Below, piece after piece: positions 1 to 11,591 of a DNA stretch of 64,000 nucleotides. Position 1 is the stretch's first letter, and every line of letters starts with the position of its first letter. The notes under the pieces were generated by a model. That model was not told where the DNA came from, did not search any database, and saw only the letters and a list, made by a program, of their open reading frames with translations. The DNA comes from Ranitomeya imitator (taxonomy: Eukaryota), in contig NC_091283.1 of assembly GCF_032444005.1 (NCBI RefSeq), positions 33,046,001 through 33,110,000 of the forward strand, written 5' to 3'. Made by a program: the position numbers and the translations under genes.

Positions 1-388
1 CCGGATCCGTGGCCATCTTGGATCCGGGGCTGGAGGGAGCAGGGAGGGAGGTGAGACCCTCGCAGCAACGCGATCACATCGCGTTGCTCCGGGGGTCTCA
101 GGGAAGCCCGCAGGGAGCCCCCTCCCTGCGCGGTGCTTCCCTGCACCGCCGGCACATCGCGATCATCTTTGATCGCGGTGTGCCAGGGGTTAATGTGCCG
201 GGGGCGGTCCGTGACCGCTCCTGGCACATAGTGCCGGATGTCAGCTGCGATAAGCAGCTGACACCCGGCCGCGATCGGCCGCGCTCCCCCCGTGAGCGCG
301 GCCGATCGGCTATGACGTACTATCCCGTCCAGGGTCAGATAAGCCCAGGGCACCTCGACGGGATAGTACGTCTAAGGTCACAGAGGGG
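1..388. mobile_element. 3' end of a TTAA-targeting non-autonomous DNA transposon (piggyBac/Kolobok-like), inserted into a Tc1 transposase
   Basis: Ends AGGGG|TTAA (TTAA 389-392); subterminal hairpin GACGTACTATCCCGTC (314-329) / GACGGGATAGTACGTC (357-372); Tc1 coding sequence resumes right after the TTAA. The other end is outside the window. Confidence 0.6.
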
Positions 389-392
389 TTAA

Positions 393-1825
393 AGGGCCCT
401 ACCAGCTGTTTCCCCATGATTCCGGCCCAAAACATGACTCCTCCACCTCCTTGCTTGTTGGGACATGGTGCCCATCCACCAACCAACCACTACTCCATCC
501 GTCTGGACCATCCAGGGTTGCTCGACACATCAGTAAACAAGACTGTTTGAAAATTAGTCGTCATGTATGTCTGGGCCCACTGCAACCGTTTCTGCTCGTG
601 AACATTGTTTAGCGGTGGCCGAATAGTAGGTTTATGCACCACAGCAAGCCTTTGAAGGATCATACACCTTGAGATTTGAGGGACTTCAGAGGCACCAGCA
701 GCTTTAAATATCTGTTTGCTGGTTTGTAACGGTATTTTGGCAGCTGCTCTCTTAATCTGATGAACTTGCCTGGCAGAAACCTTCCTCATTATGCCTTTAT
801 CTGCATGAACTCTGTCTGTGCTCAGAATCAGCCACAAATCTCTTAACAGTACGATGATCACGCTTAAGTTTTCAGGAAATATCTAATGCTTTCATACCTT
901 GTCCAAGGCATTGCACTAGTTGATGCTTTTCGGCAGCAGAGAGATCCTTTTTCTTTCCCATGTTACTCAAAAACTGTGGCCTGCTTAAAGGGAACCTGTC
1001 ACCCCGAAAATCGCGGGTGAGGTAATCCCACCGGCATCAGGGGCTTATCTACAGCATTCTGTAATGCTGTAGATAAGCCCCCGATGTTACCTGAAAAAGG
1101 AGAAAAAGACGTTAGATTATACTCACCCAGGGGCGGTCCCGCTGCTGGTCTGGTCAGATGGGCGTCTCCGGTCCGCTGCGGCGCCTCCTATCTTCTTTCC
1201 ATGACGTCCTCTTCTGATCTTCGGCCACGGCTCCGGCGCAGGCGTACTTTGCTCTGCCCTGTTGAGGGCAGACAAGGTACTGCAGTGCGCAGGCGCCGAG
1301 CCTCTGACCTTTCCGGCGCCTGCGCACTGCTGTACTATCCTCTGCCCTCAACAGGGCAGAGCAAAGTACGCCTGCGCCGGAGCCGTGGCTGAAGATCAGA
1401 AGAGGACGTCATGGAAAGAAGATAGGAGGCGCCGCAGCGGACCGGAGACGCCCATCTGACCAGACCAGCAGCGGGACCGCCCCTGGGTGAGTATAATATA
1501 ACGTCTTTTTCTCCTTTTTCAGGTAACATCGGGGGCTTATCTACAGCATTATAGAATGCTGCAGATAAGCCCCTGATGCCGGTGGGATTACCTCACCCCC
1601 GATTTTCGGGGTGACAGGTTCCCTTTAATAATGTGGACCATAATTTTTAAGAGTTTTCCTTTAATTAGAATCACCTGGAAAACTAATTATCACATGTGTT
1701 TAAGATTGATTTCAGTGATCCATTGAGCCCTGAGACACAATACCATCCATGAGTTTATTTGAAAAACAAAACAATTAAATCTCTATGAAACTTAAATCCA
1801 ATTTGCATAATAATTTGGAACAGTA
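393..1825 (-). mobile_element. Degenerate Tc1/mariner element (5' half), interrupted by two TTAA insertions
   Basis: Minus-strand peptides KRLQWAQTYM...TVLFTD (ORF 490-861) and QGGGGVMFWAGIMGKQLVGPF (393-455); Tc1-like terminus TTTGCATAATAATTTGGAACAGT at 1802-1824; frameshifts. Confidence 0.8.
989..1624. mobile_element. T2/Kolobok-type MITE, almost fully palindromic
   Basis: TTAA at 985-988 and 1625-1628; TIR AGGGAACCTGTCACCCCGAAAATC / GATTTTCGGGGTGACAGGTTCCCT; arms stay complementary up to a ~20-bp centre near 1293-1313. Confidence 0.92.
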
Positions 1826-1889
1826 TGTATGTGTGTGTATATAGCAGCCACATGGTATATACCACAGGCCACGTAGTACTCCTATATAC

Positions 1890-2051
1890 CAGAGGTCCCC
1901 AACTCCAGTCCTCAAGGCCCACCAACATGTCATGTTTTCAGGATTTCCTTAGTCTTGCCCAGGTAATAATTGCATCACCTGTGCAATGCAAAGGAAATCC
2001 TGAAAACATGACCTGTTGGTGGGCCTTGAGGACTGGAGTTGGGGACCCCTG
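1890..2051. mobile_element. hAT-type MITE (162 bp)
   Basis: TIR CAGAGGTCCCCAAC / GTTGGGGACCCCTG; 8-bp TSD CTATATAC (1882-1889, 2052-2059). Confidence 0.9.
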
Positions 2052-2142
2052 CTATATACTACGTGGCCTGTGCTATATACTCTGTGGCTGCTATATACAC
2101 ATTCTAGAATATCCGATGTGTTAGAATCGGGCCACCATCTAG
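2052..2142 (+). mobile_element. Non-autonomous Helitron, copy A (3' end only)
   Basis: Hairpin CCGAT-gtgttaga-ATCGG followed by CTAG at 2139-2142, the canonical Helitron 3' end. Confidence 0.75.
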
Positions 2143-3365
2143 TCTACTATATAATTGTCTAAGGGTCAATTCCGTCTTTCTGTCTGTCCTGTCTGTCACG
2201 GATATTCATTGGTCGCGGCCTCTGTCTGTCATGGAAATCCAAGTCGCTGATTGGTCGTGGCAAAACGCCCACTGCCACGACCAATCAGCGACGGGTGCAG
2301 TCGGCCGGTAAAATGGCAGCTCCTTCCTCCCCGCAGTCAGTGCCCGCTGCATACTCCCCTCCAGTCAGCCCTCACACAGGGTTAATGGCAGCGCTAACGG
2401 ACCGCGGTGTAACGCACTCCATTAACCCTGTGTGACCAAATTTTTACTATTGATGATGTGTATGCAGCATCAATAGTAAAAAGATCTAATGCTACAAGTA
2501 AGAATAATAAAAAAAAGTTATTCTCACCCTTCAACGTCGCCTGCTGTCCTCGGCAGTGCAAGCGGCAGGTTCCAGTGCCAAGGATGCTATGCGAGAAGGA
2601 CCTGCCATGACGTCACACAGGTCCTGCGCTCATACCAACCCTGGGACCGGAAGCTGCTGCGTGCACCGCACACAGGCGACAGGACTACAAGGGGCCTACG
2701 GAAGGTGAGTATATGTTTATTTTAAGTCTTTTTTTAACCACGCATATAGTGCCCACATTGCTATATACTACGTGGGCTGTGTTATATACTGCGTGGTCTG
2801 TATTAACACATAAGGTACTCAAGAATATTTCGTGGCCTGTGCTATATACTATGTGGCTGCTATATACAAACAGGCTCGGACTGGCCCACCGGAGAATTCT
2901 CCGGTGGGCCCAGGCACTGACACAGGGCCCCCACTGCTCCAGCCCCCCCGCCTCCCTCCTTGAAGACGATACTCACCTGACCCTGCTCCAGTGATGCCTG
3001 GTATCGGCGTCTGCAGCTCCACCTGAATGAGCGGTCACGTGGTACCGCTCATTAAGGTCATGAATATGCACATATTCATGACCTTAATGAGCGGTATCAC
3101 ATGACCGCTCATGCAGGAAGAAGGTGCTGCGCCGGGAGTCGGGACAGAGGCAAAGGGATGTTGGTGCGGCCGCGCGATGTGTGGGACAGGTGACGCCGGT
3201 CAGGTGAGTATGAGGGACGGGGGGGATGAAGGAGGACATAAGCCGGCGCGCCATGCAGGAGCGGGAGGGGGTTGGGTGGAGAGAAGCCATGCATACAGGT
3301 GGGGGTAATATGAGCCAGAGCCATGCATTCAGGAGGGGGGAATATGAGCCATGCATACAGGAGGG

Positions 3366-4566
3366 GGGTCATTATACAGTATTGAGCATCATGTGGGATC
3401 ATTATACAGTATGGAGAACTGTGTGTGGCCATTATACAGTATTGAGCATCATGTGTGGCCATTATACAGTATTGAGCATCATGTGCGGCCGTTATACAGT
3501 ATTGAGCATCATGTGCAGCCAATATACAGTATGGATCATCATATGCAGCCAATATACAGTATGGAGCATCATTTGTGGCCATTATACAGTATGGAGAACT
3601 GTGTGTGGCCGTTATACAGTATGGAGCATCATGTGGGATCATTATACAGTATGGAGCATCATGTGTGGCCATTATACAGTATGGAGCATCATGTGTGGCC
3701 ATTATACAGTATGGAGCACCATGTGTGGCCATTATACAGTATGGAGCACCATGTGTGGCCATTATACAGTATGGAGCACCATGTGTGGCCATTATACAGT
3801 ATGGAGCACCATGTGTGGCCATTATACAGTATTGAGCATCATGTGTGGCCATTATACAGTATTGAGCATCATGTGCGGCCGTTATACAGTATTGAGCATC
3901 ATGTGCAGCCAATATACAGTATGGATCATCATATGCAGCCAATATACAGTATGGAGCATCATTTGTGGCCATTATACAGTATGGAGCACCATGTGTGGCC
4001 GTTATACAGTATGGAGCATCATGTGGGATCATTATACAGTATGGAGCACCATGTGTGGCCATTATACAGTATGGAGCACCATGTGTGGCCATTATACAGT
4101 ATGGAGCACCATGTGTGGCCATTATACAGTATGGAGCATCATGTGTGGCCATTATACAGTATGGAGCATCATGTGTGGCCATTATACAGTATGGAGCATC
4201 ATGTGTGGCCATTATACAGTATGGAGCACCATGTGTGGCCATTATACAGTATGGAGCACCATGTGTGGCCATTATACAGTATGGAGCACCATGTGTGGCC
4301 ATTATACAGTATGGAGCACCATGTGTGGCCATTATACAGTATGGAGCACCATGTGTGGCCATTATACAGTATGGAGCACCATGTGTGGCCATTATACAGT
4401 ATGGAGCACCATGTGTGGCCATTATACAGTATGGAGCACCATGTGTGGCCATTATACAGTATGGAGCACCATGTGTGGCCATTATACAGTATGGAGCACC
4501 ATGTGTGGCCATTATACAGTATGGAGAACTGTGTGTCGCCATTATACAGTATTGAGCATCATGTGT
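3366..4566. repeat. 30-bp minisatellite (ATGTGTGGCCATTATACAGTATGGAGCACC), about 40 units
   Basis: Exact 30-bp period; variant block repeated at 390 bp (13 units; 3441 vs 3831). Confidence 0.97.
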
Positions 4567-5009
4567 GACTATATTTTTTTGTTTATAATTATTGTATATA
4601 AAACAGTGTGATCAGCAGTGCTAAATGGGTGTGGTTGGGACGTGGATATGGGTGTGACTAGTTGTTAAATGGGTGTGGTCAGAGGCGTGGCCTAAAATTT
4701 GCCGCGGCGCACTACGCACGCCGCAAACTTTATACCCGTTTCCCTTCTTCAAAAGTTGGGAGGTATGGCACCGCATTTCCCAGATCACGGCAAGTGGCGC
4801 AAATCCCATGGGGAATGAATGAGGCCGAACGCAATGTTGCCGTAAGTGATCCGTTACGCGGCAGATGCAGAAAAACTGCCGGATCTGCTGCAAAAGGCGA
4901 CTTTCACATCAGCGATTCTTGCCAAAGTCACTGCCGATAGTGTCATAGTCACCAATGGGGAGGCAGCACTAAAAGTGCCTAGGGAAGCAGAAACACTAAA
5001 TACGGCCCT

Positions 5010-5345
5010 GGGGGGCTACATTATATTCTGTGGGGGGACTGCATTATACTCAGGGTACTACATTATATTATGGGGGGCTACATCATACTATTTGAGGGGG
5101 CTACAGTATACTCTATGGGGGGCTGCATTATATTCTGTGGGGGAACTGCATTATACTCAGGGTACTACATATTATGGGGGGCTACATCATACTATTTGAA
5201 GGGGCTGCATTATATTCTGTGGTGGAACTGCATTCTCTCAGGGGACTACATATTATTATGGGGAGCTACAGTATACTCTATGGGGGGCTGCATTATATTC
5301 TGTGGTGGAACTGCATTCTCAGGGGGCTACATTATATTCTGTGAG
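5010..5345. repeat. Degenerate ~20-bp repeat (GGGGGCTACATTATATTCTGT-like) inside the hAT element
   Basis: Recurring GGGGGCTRCATTATA motifs. Confidence 0.6.
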
Positions 5346-5548
5346 GGGGCTACCACAACCCTTGCTACATTATTAAGACGTGAACTACCTTATATTATAC
5401 CCTGATATTAGTGTGTTTTACCGCACAATTGGTGGTCTTGTATCTATTTCTATGTAGCTACATAGTGGGCCCCTAGAATGATTTTTCTGGTGGGCCCAAG
5501 GTGCTCCAGTCCGACGCTGTATACAAACATAAGAAACAAACTTGGCAC

Positions 5549-5580
<32 letters not shown>

Positions 5581-5775
5581 AGGAAGAAGGGTAACCTTAC
5601 CCTTCTTCCGAAAAAAAAATTGAGTGCCAAGTTTGTTTCTTAGATTTGTTGATATGGGTTGGAGACCCTACTTGAGCACCGACATCCACCCTCCATAGAG
5701 TGCCGTGTATCCTACATTGAGCTGCTATATACACATTCTAGAATACCGATGTGTTAGAATCGGGCCACCATCTAG

Positions 5776-7856
5776 TCTACTATATAATTGTCTAAGGGTC
5801 ACTTCCGTCTTTCTGTCTTTCACAGATATTCATTGGTCGCAGCCTCTGTCTGTCATGGAATCCAAGTCGCTGATTGGTCTCGCCAGCTGCCTGTCATGGC
5901 TGTCGTGACCAATCAGCGACGGCCACAGTCCGATTAGTCCCTCCCTACTCCCCTGCAGTCAGCGCCCGGCCCCCGCTCCATACTCCCCGCAGTCAGCGCT
6001 CACACAGGGTTAATGCCGGCGGTAACGGACCGCGTTATGCCACGGGTAACTCACTCCGTTACCACCGCTATTAACCCTGTGTGACCAAGTTTTTACTATT
6101 GATGCTGCCTATGCAGCATCAATAGTAAAAAGATCTAATGTTAAAAATAATAAAAAATTATCATATACTCACATTTCGGCGCCTTTCTCGCTCTTCGCGA
6201 CGTTCCGGTGCTAAGGATGGTATGCGACAAGGACCTTCCATGACGCCACGGTTATGTGACCGCGACGTCATCGCACCCTGGGACCGGAAGCTGGCGACAG
6301 AACTACAAGGCGCCCTCAGATCGGAAGGTGAGTATATGTTTATTTTTTAACCCGTGACATACGTGACTGGGCAATATACTACGTGGCTGGGCAATATACT
6401 ACGTGGCTGGGCAATATACTACGTGGCTGGGCAATATACTACGTGGCTGGGCAATATACTACGTGGCTGGGCAATATACTACGTGGCTGGCCAATATACT
6501 ACGTGGCTGGGCAATATACTACGTGGCTGGCCAATATACTACGTGGCTGGCCAATATACTACGTGGCTGGCCAATATACTACGTGGCTGGCCAATATACT
6601 ACGTGGCTGGCCAATATACTACGTGGCTGGCCAATATACTACGTGGCTGGCCAATATACTACGTGGCTGGCCAATATACTACGTGGCTGGGCAATATACT
6701 ACGTGGCTGGGCAATATACTACGTGGCTGGGCAATATACTACGTGGCTGGGCAATATACTACGTGGCTGGGCAATATACTACGTGGCTGGGCAATATACT
6801 ACGTGGCTGGGCAATATACTACGTGGCTGGGCAGTATACTACGTGGCTGGGCAGTATACTACGTGGCTGGGCAGTATACTACGTGACTGGGCAGTATACT
6901 ACGTGACTGGGCAATATACTACGTGGCTGGGCAATATACTACGTGACTGGGCAATATACTACGTGACTGGGCAATATACTACGTGACTGGGCAATATACT
7001 ACGTGACTGGGCAATATACTACGTGACTGGGCAATATACTACGTGACTGGGCAATATACTACGTGACTGGGCAATATACTACGTGACTGGGCAATATACT
7101 ACGTGACTGGGCAATATACTACGTGACTGGGCAATATACTACGTGACTGGGCAATATACTACGTGACTGGGCAATATACTACGTGACTGGGCAATATACT
7201 ACGTGACTGGGCAATATACTACGTGACTGGGCAATATACTACGTGACTGGGCAATATACTACGTGACTGGGCAATATACTACGTGACTGGGCAATATACT
7301 ACGTGGCTGGGCAATATACTACGTGGCTGGGCAATATACTACGTGGCTGGGCAATATACTACGTGGCTGGGCAATATACTACGTGGCTGGGCAATATACT
7401 ACGTGGCTGGGCAATATACTACGTGACTGGGCAATATACTACGTGACTGGGCAATATACTACGTGACTGGGCAATATACTACGTGACTGGGCAATATACT
7501 ACGTGACTGGGCAATATACTACGTGACTGGGCAATATACTACGTGACTGGGCAATATACTACGTGACTGGGCAATATACTACGTGGCTGGGCAATATACT
7601 ACGTGGCTGGGCAATATACTACGTGGCTGGGCAATATACTACGTGGCTGGGCAATATACTACGTGACTGGGCAATATACTACGTGACTGGGCAATATACT
7701 ACGTGACTGGGCAATATACTACGTGACTGGGCAATATACTACGTGACTGGGCAATATACTAGGTGGCTGGGCAATATACTACGTGGCTGGGCAATATACT
7801 ACGTGGACATGCATATTCTAGAATACCCGATGAGTTAGAATCGGGCCACCATCTAG
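5776..7856 (+). mobile_element. Non-autonomous Helitron, copy C (complete, with expanded internal minisatellite)
   Basis: 5' TCTACTATATAATTG at 5776; 3' hairpin CCCGAT-gagttaga-ATCGGG and CTAG at 7853-7856 followed by T. Confidence 0.85.
6361..7806. repeat. 20-bp minisatellite (ACGTGGCTGGGCAATATACT), about 72 units
   Basis: Exact 20-bp period; variants (GGC/GAC, GG/GC, AA/AG) occur in homogeneous blocks. Confidence 0.98.
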
Positions 7857-8138
7857 TTTCTAATAAACGTCTTTATTCCTGCTGTGTCTTTATTTACCAT
7901 ATAACTATAGGATTAGTACTGGGCGTCTTATAGACGTTTCTCCATTACTAAGCGATGAGCTTGATGTCACCTGACAATACAGAGGAGACATCAACCCCAC
8001 AAATATGAACCCCACTTGCCACCGCTACAGGGCAAATGGGGAATGGCGGGCAAAGTGCCGGAATTGGTGCATCTAATATATGTGCCTTCTCTGGGAGGCT
8101 GCTAGTTTTAGGCTTGGGGAAGGCAGCAGTAGAGCGGT

Positions 8139-10785
8139 GTCACACACACGGGGGCAGCACTATAGGGGGGGGGGGGGTCACACACACACGGGGGCAGCAC
8201 CATAGGGGGGTCACACACACGGGGGCAGCACTATAGGGGGGGGGGTCACACACACACGGGGGCAGCACTATAGCGGGGGGTCACACACACACGGGGGCAG
8301 CACCATAGGGGGGTCACACACACGGGGCAGCACTATAGGGGGGTCACACACACGGGGCAGCACTATAGCGGGGTCACACACGGGGCAGCACTATAGGGGG
8401 GGTCACACACACGGGGCAGCACTATAGGGGGGTCACACACACGGGGCAGCACTATAGCGGGGTCACACACACGGGGGCAGCACTATCGGGGGGTCACACA
8501 CACGGGGCAGCACTATAGCGGGGTCACACACGGGGGCAGCACTATAGGAGGGTCACACACACGGGGCAGCACTATAGCGGGGTCACACACACGGGGGCAG
8601 CACTATAGGGGGTCACACACACGGGGGCAGCACTATAGCGGGGTCACACACACGGGGGCAGCACTATAGGGGGGTCACACACACGGGGGCAGCACTATAG
8701 GGGGCTCACACACACGGGGCAGCACTATAGGGGGGTCACACACACGGGGCAGCACTATAGCGGGGTCACACACACGGGGGCAGCACTATAGGGGGGTCAC
8801 ACACAGGGGGCAGCACTATAGGGGGGTCACACACACGGGGCAGCACTATAGGGGGGGTCACACACATGGGGGCAGCACTATAGGGGGTCACACACACGGG
8901 GCAGCACTATAGGGGGGTCACACACACGGGGGCAGCACTATAGGGGGGTCACACACACGGGGGCAGCACTATAGTGGGGTCACACACACGGGGCAGCACT
9001 ATAGGGGGGTCACACACACGGGGCAGCACTATAGGGGGGTCACACACACGGGGCAGCACTATAGGGGGGTCACACACACGGGGGCAGCACTATGGGGGGG
9101 GTCACACACACGGGGGCAGCACTATAGGGGGGTCACATACACGGGGCAGCACTATAGGGGGGTCACACACACGGGGCAGCACTATAGGGGGTCACACACA
9201 CGGGGCAGCACTATAGGGGGGTCACACACACGGGGGCAGCACTATGGGGGGGGTCACACACACGGGGCAGCACTATAGGGGGGTTACACACACGGGGCAG
9301 CACTATAGTGGGGTCACACACACGGGGCAGCACTATAGGGGGGTCACACACACGGGGCAGCACTATAGGGGGGTCACACACGGGGCAGCACTATAGGGGG
9401 GTCACACACACGGGGGCAGCACTATAGGGGGGTCACACACACGGGGCAGCGCTATAGGGGGGTCACACACACGGGGCAGCGCTATAGGGGGGGGTCACAC
9501 ACACGGGGCAGCACTATAGGGGGTCACACACACGGGGGCAGCACTATAGGGGGGTCACACACACGGGGCAGCACTATAGGGGGTCACACACACGGGGCAG
9601 CACTATAGGGGGTCACACACACGGGGCAGCGCTATAGGGGGTCACACACACGGGGCAGCGCTATAGGGAGGTCACACACACGGGGCAGCACTATAGGGGG
9701 TCACACACACGGGGGCAGCACTATAGGGGGTCACACACACGGGGCAGCACTATAGGGGGTCACACACACGGGGCAGCACTATAGGGGGTCACACACACGG
9801 GGGCAGCACTATAGGGGGGTCACACACACGGGGGCAGCACTATAGGGGGGTCACACACACGGGGCAGCACTATAGGGGGTCACACACACGGGGCAGCACT
9901 ATAGGGGGTCACACACACGGGGGCAGCACTATAGGGGGGTCACACACACGGGGGCAGCACTATAGGGGGTCACACACACGGGGCAGCACTATAGGGGGTC
10001 ACACACACGGGGCAGCACTATAGGGGGTCACACACACGGGGCAGCACTATAGGGGGTCACACACACGGGGCAGCACTATAGGGGGGTCACACACACGGGG
10101 GCAGCACTATAGGGGGTCACACACACGGGGCAGCACTATAGGGGGTCACACACACGGGGCAGCACTATAGGGGGTCACACACACGGGGCAGCACTATAGG
10201 GGGTCACACACACGGGGCAGCACTATAGGGGGGTCACACACACGGGGGCAGCACTATAGGGGGGTCACACACACGGGGGCAGCACTATAGGGGGTCACAC
10301 ACACGGGGCAGCACTATAGGGGGTCACACACACGGGGCAGCACTATAGGGGGTCACACACACGGGGCAGCACTATAGGGGGTCACACACACGGGGGCAGC
10401 ACTATAGGGGGGTCACACACACGGGGGCAGCACTATAGGGGGGTCACACACACGGGGGCAGCACTATAGGGGGGTCACACACACGGGGGCAGCACTATAG
10501 GGGGGTCACACACACGGGGGCAGCACTATAGGGGGGTCACACACACGGGGCAGCACTATAGGGGGGTCACACACACGGGGCAGCACTATAGGGGGGTCAC
10601 ACACACGGGGCAGCACTATAGGGGGGTCACACACACGGGGCAGCACTATAGGGGGTCACACACACGGGGGCAGCACTATAGGGGGGTCACACACACGGGG
10701 CAGCACTATAGGGGGTCACACACACGGGGGCAGCACTATAGGGGGGTCACACACACGGGGCAGCACTATAGGGGGGTCACACACG
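8139..10785. repeat. 30-33-bp minisatellite (GTCACACACACGGGGCAGCACTATAGGGGG), about 85 units
   Basis: Tandem units varying only in G-run and CA-run lengths. Confidence 0.97.
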
Positions 10786-11590
10786 GTATAAGCCGTTTCC
10801 TCGTCGCCTCTCGGCCGCTGACCTGTCTGCTCCCCTTCCCGGTGCCGGCGGTTCCCATGGTCACTCTGGAGGAGCGGCGCCGTCCCGGGGGAGAGCTCGC
10901 CGGCAGTAGTCCGGGCTGTGGCCGCTGAGCAGCGCTGCTGCCCTCAAACATCCCCCGTTCAAAACTGCCGCTGCTCCCGGCTTCAACTGCCAGGTCGCTG
11001 ATTGGCCAAAATACACTGTGGGCGTGGTTACGGTAATATCACTCTCGTTTTGTTTTCTACGCCTCTTAGTGCTGATTGGTGACAAGATGGGGGCGGAGAC
11101 CCGACGTTCCTTGCTTAGCGTTGCTGCAATGACTGGACAGCACTCCAAAAGTGGGCGGTACTGCCATGAATACCGCCCCTCTTCCTGCACTCATTGGCTG
11201 GCGCATAGAAGGCGTCAATCCACTTAAAACTACAATTCCCGACGACCATTGCTGCCGGGTAGTACACGTGACACGGAAGTAGCCAATCATATCCGAGGCT
11301 GTTTCCAAGGAAGGTAAGGACAGTCTTTATGTGTTGTCAGTGAGGGAGTGATACCTCTTATGTTGCGTGCACAAGACTCATCGTGCAGAGAGCGAGGTGA
11401 ACTACTAGTCACAGTATGCCTCCTTACACATCGAAACAACCAGTTCCAGCTCTTCGTTGTTGCAAAATTGTTTTTGCTCGGCGGCAGCCAATCAGGCACT
11501 TGCGTTCATGCTGGAGATTGTATGCAGGAGATGTAAGCTGATCGCTGATTGGCTGCCGGGACTCAGTGGCCATATTGTGCGGTGTCTGTC
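10786..11590. promoter_or_regulatory. CpG-rich, probably bidirectional promoter (gene 1 on +, unidentified transcript on -)
   Basis: CpG-dense; CCAAT boxes on both strands (e.g. 10998-11007, 11281-11289); ACTACAATTCCC 11229-11240; E-box CACGTG 11265; ETS CGGAAGT 11274; candidate donors GAT|GTAAGC (11533, +) and CAG|GTCAGC (10822, -). Confidence 0.7.
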
Positions 11591-11591
11591 T

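Larger units (their letters stand above)
2871..5519. mobile_element. Non-autonomous hAT-type element (2.65 kb) nested in Helitron B
   Basis: TIR CAGGCTCGGACTGG / CCAGTCCGACGCTG; 8-bp TSD TATACAAA (2863-2870, 5520-5527); no transposase ORF. Confidence 0.85.
2143..5775 (+). mobile_element. Non-autonomous Helitron, copy B (with nested insertions)
   Basis: Starts TCTACTATATAATTGTCTAAGGG directly after the CTAG of copy A; ends hairpin + CTAG (5772-5775); body homologous to 5776-6360 and 46361-46900. Confidence 0.75.
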
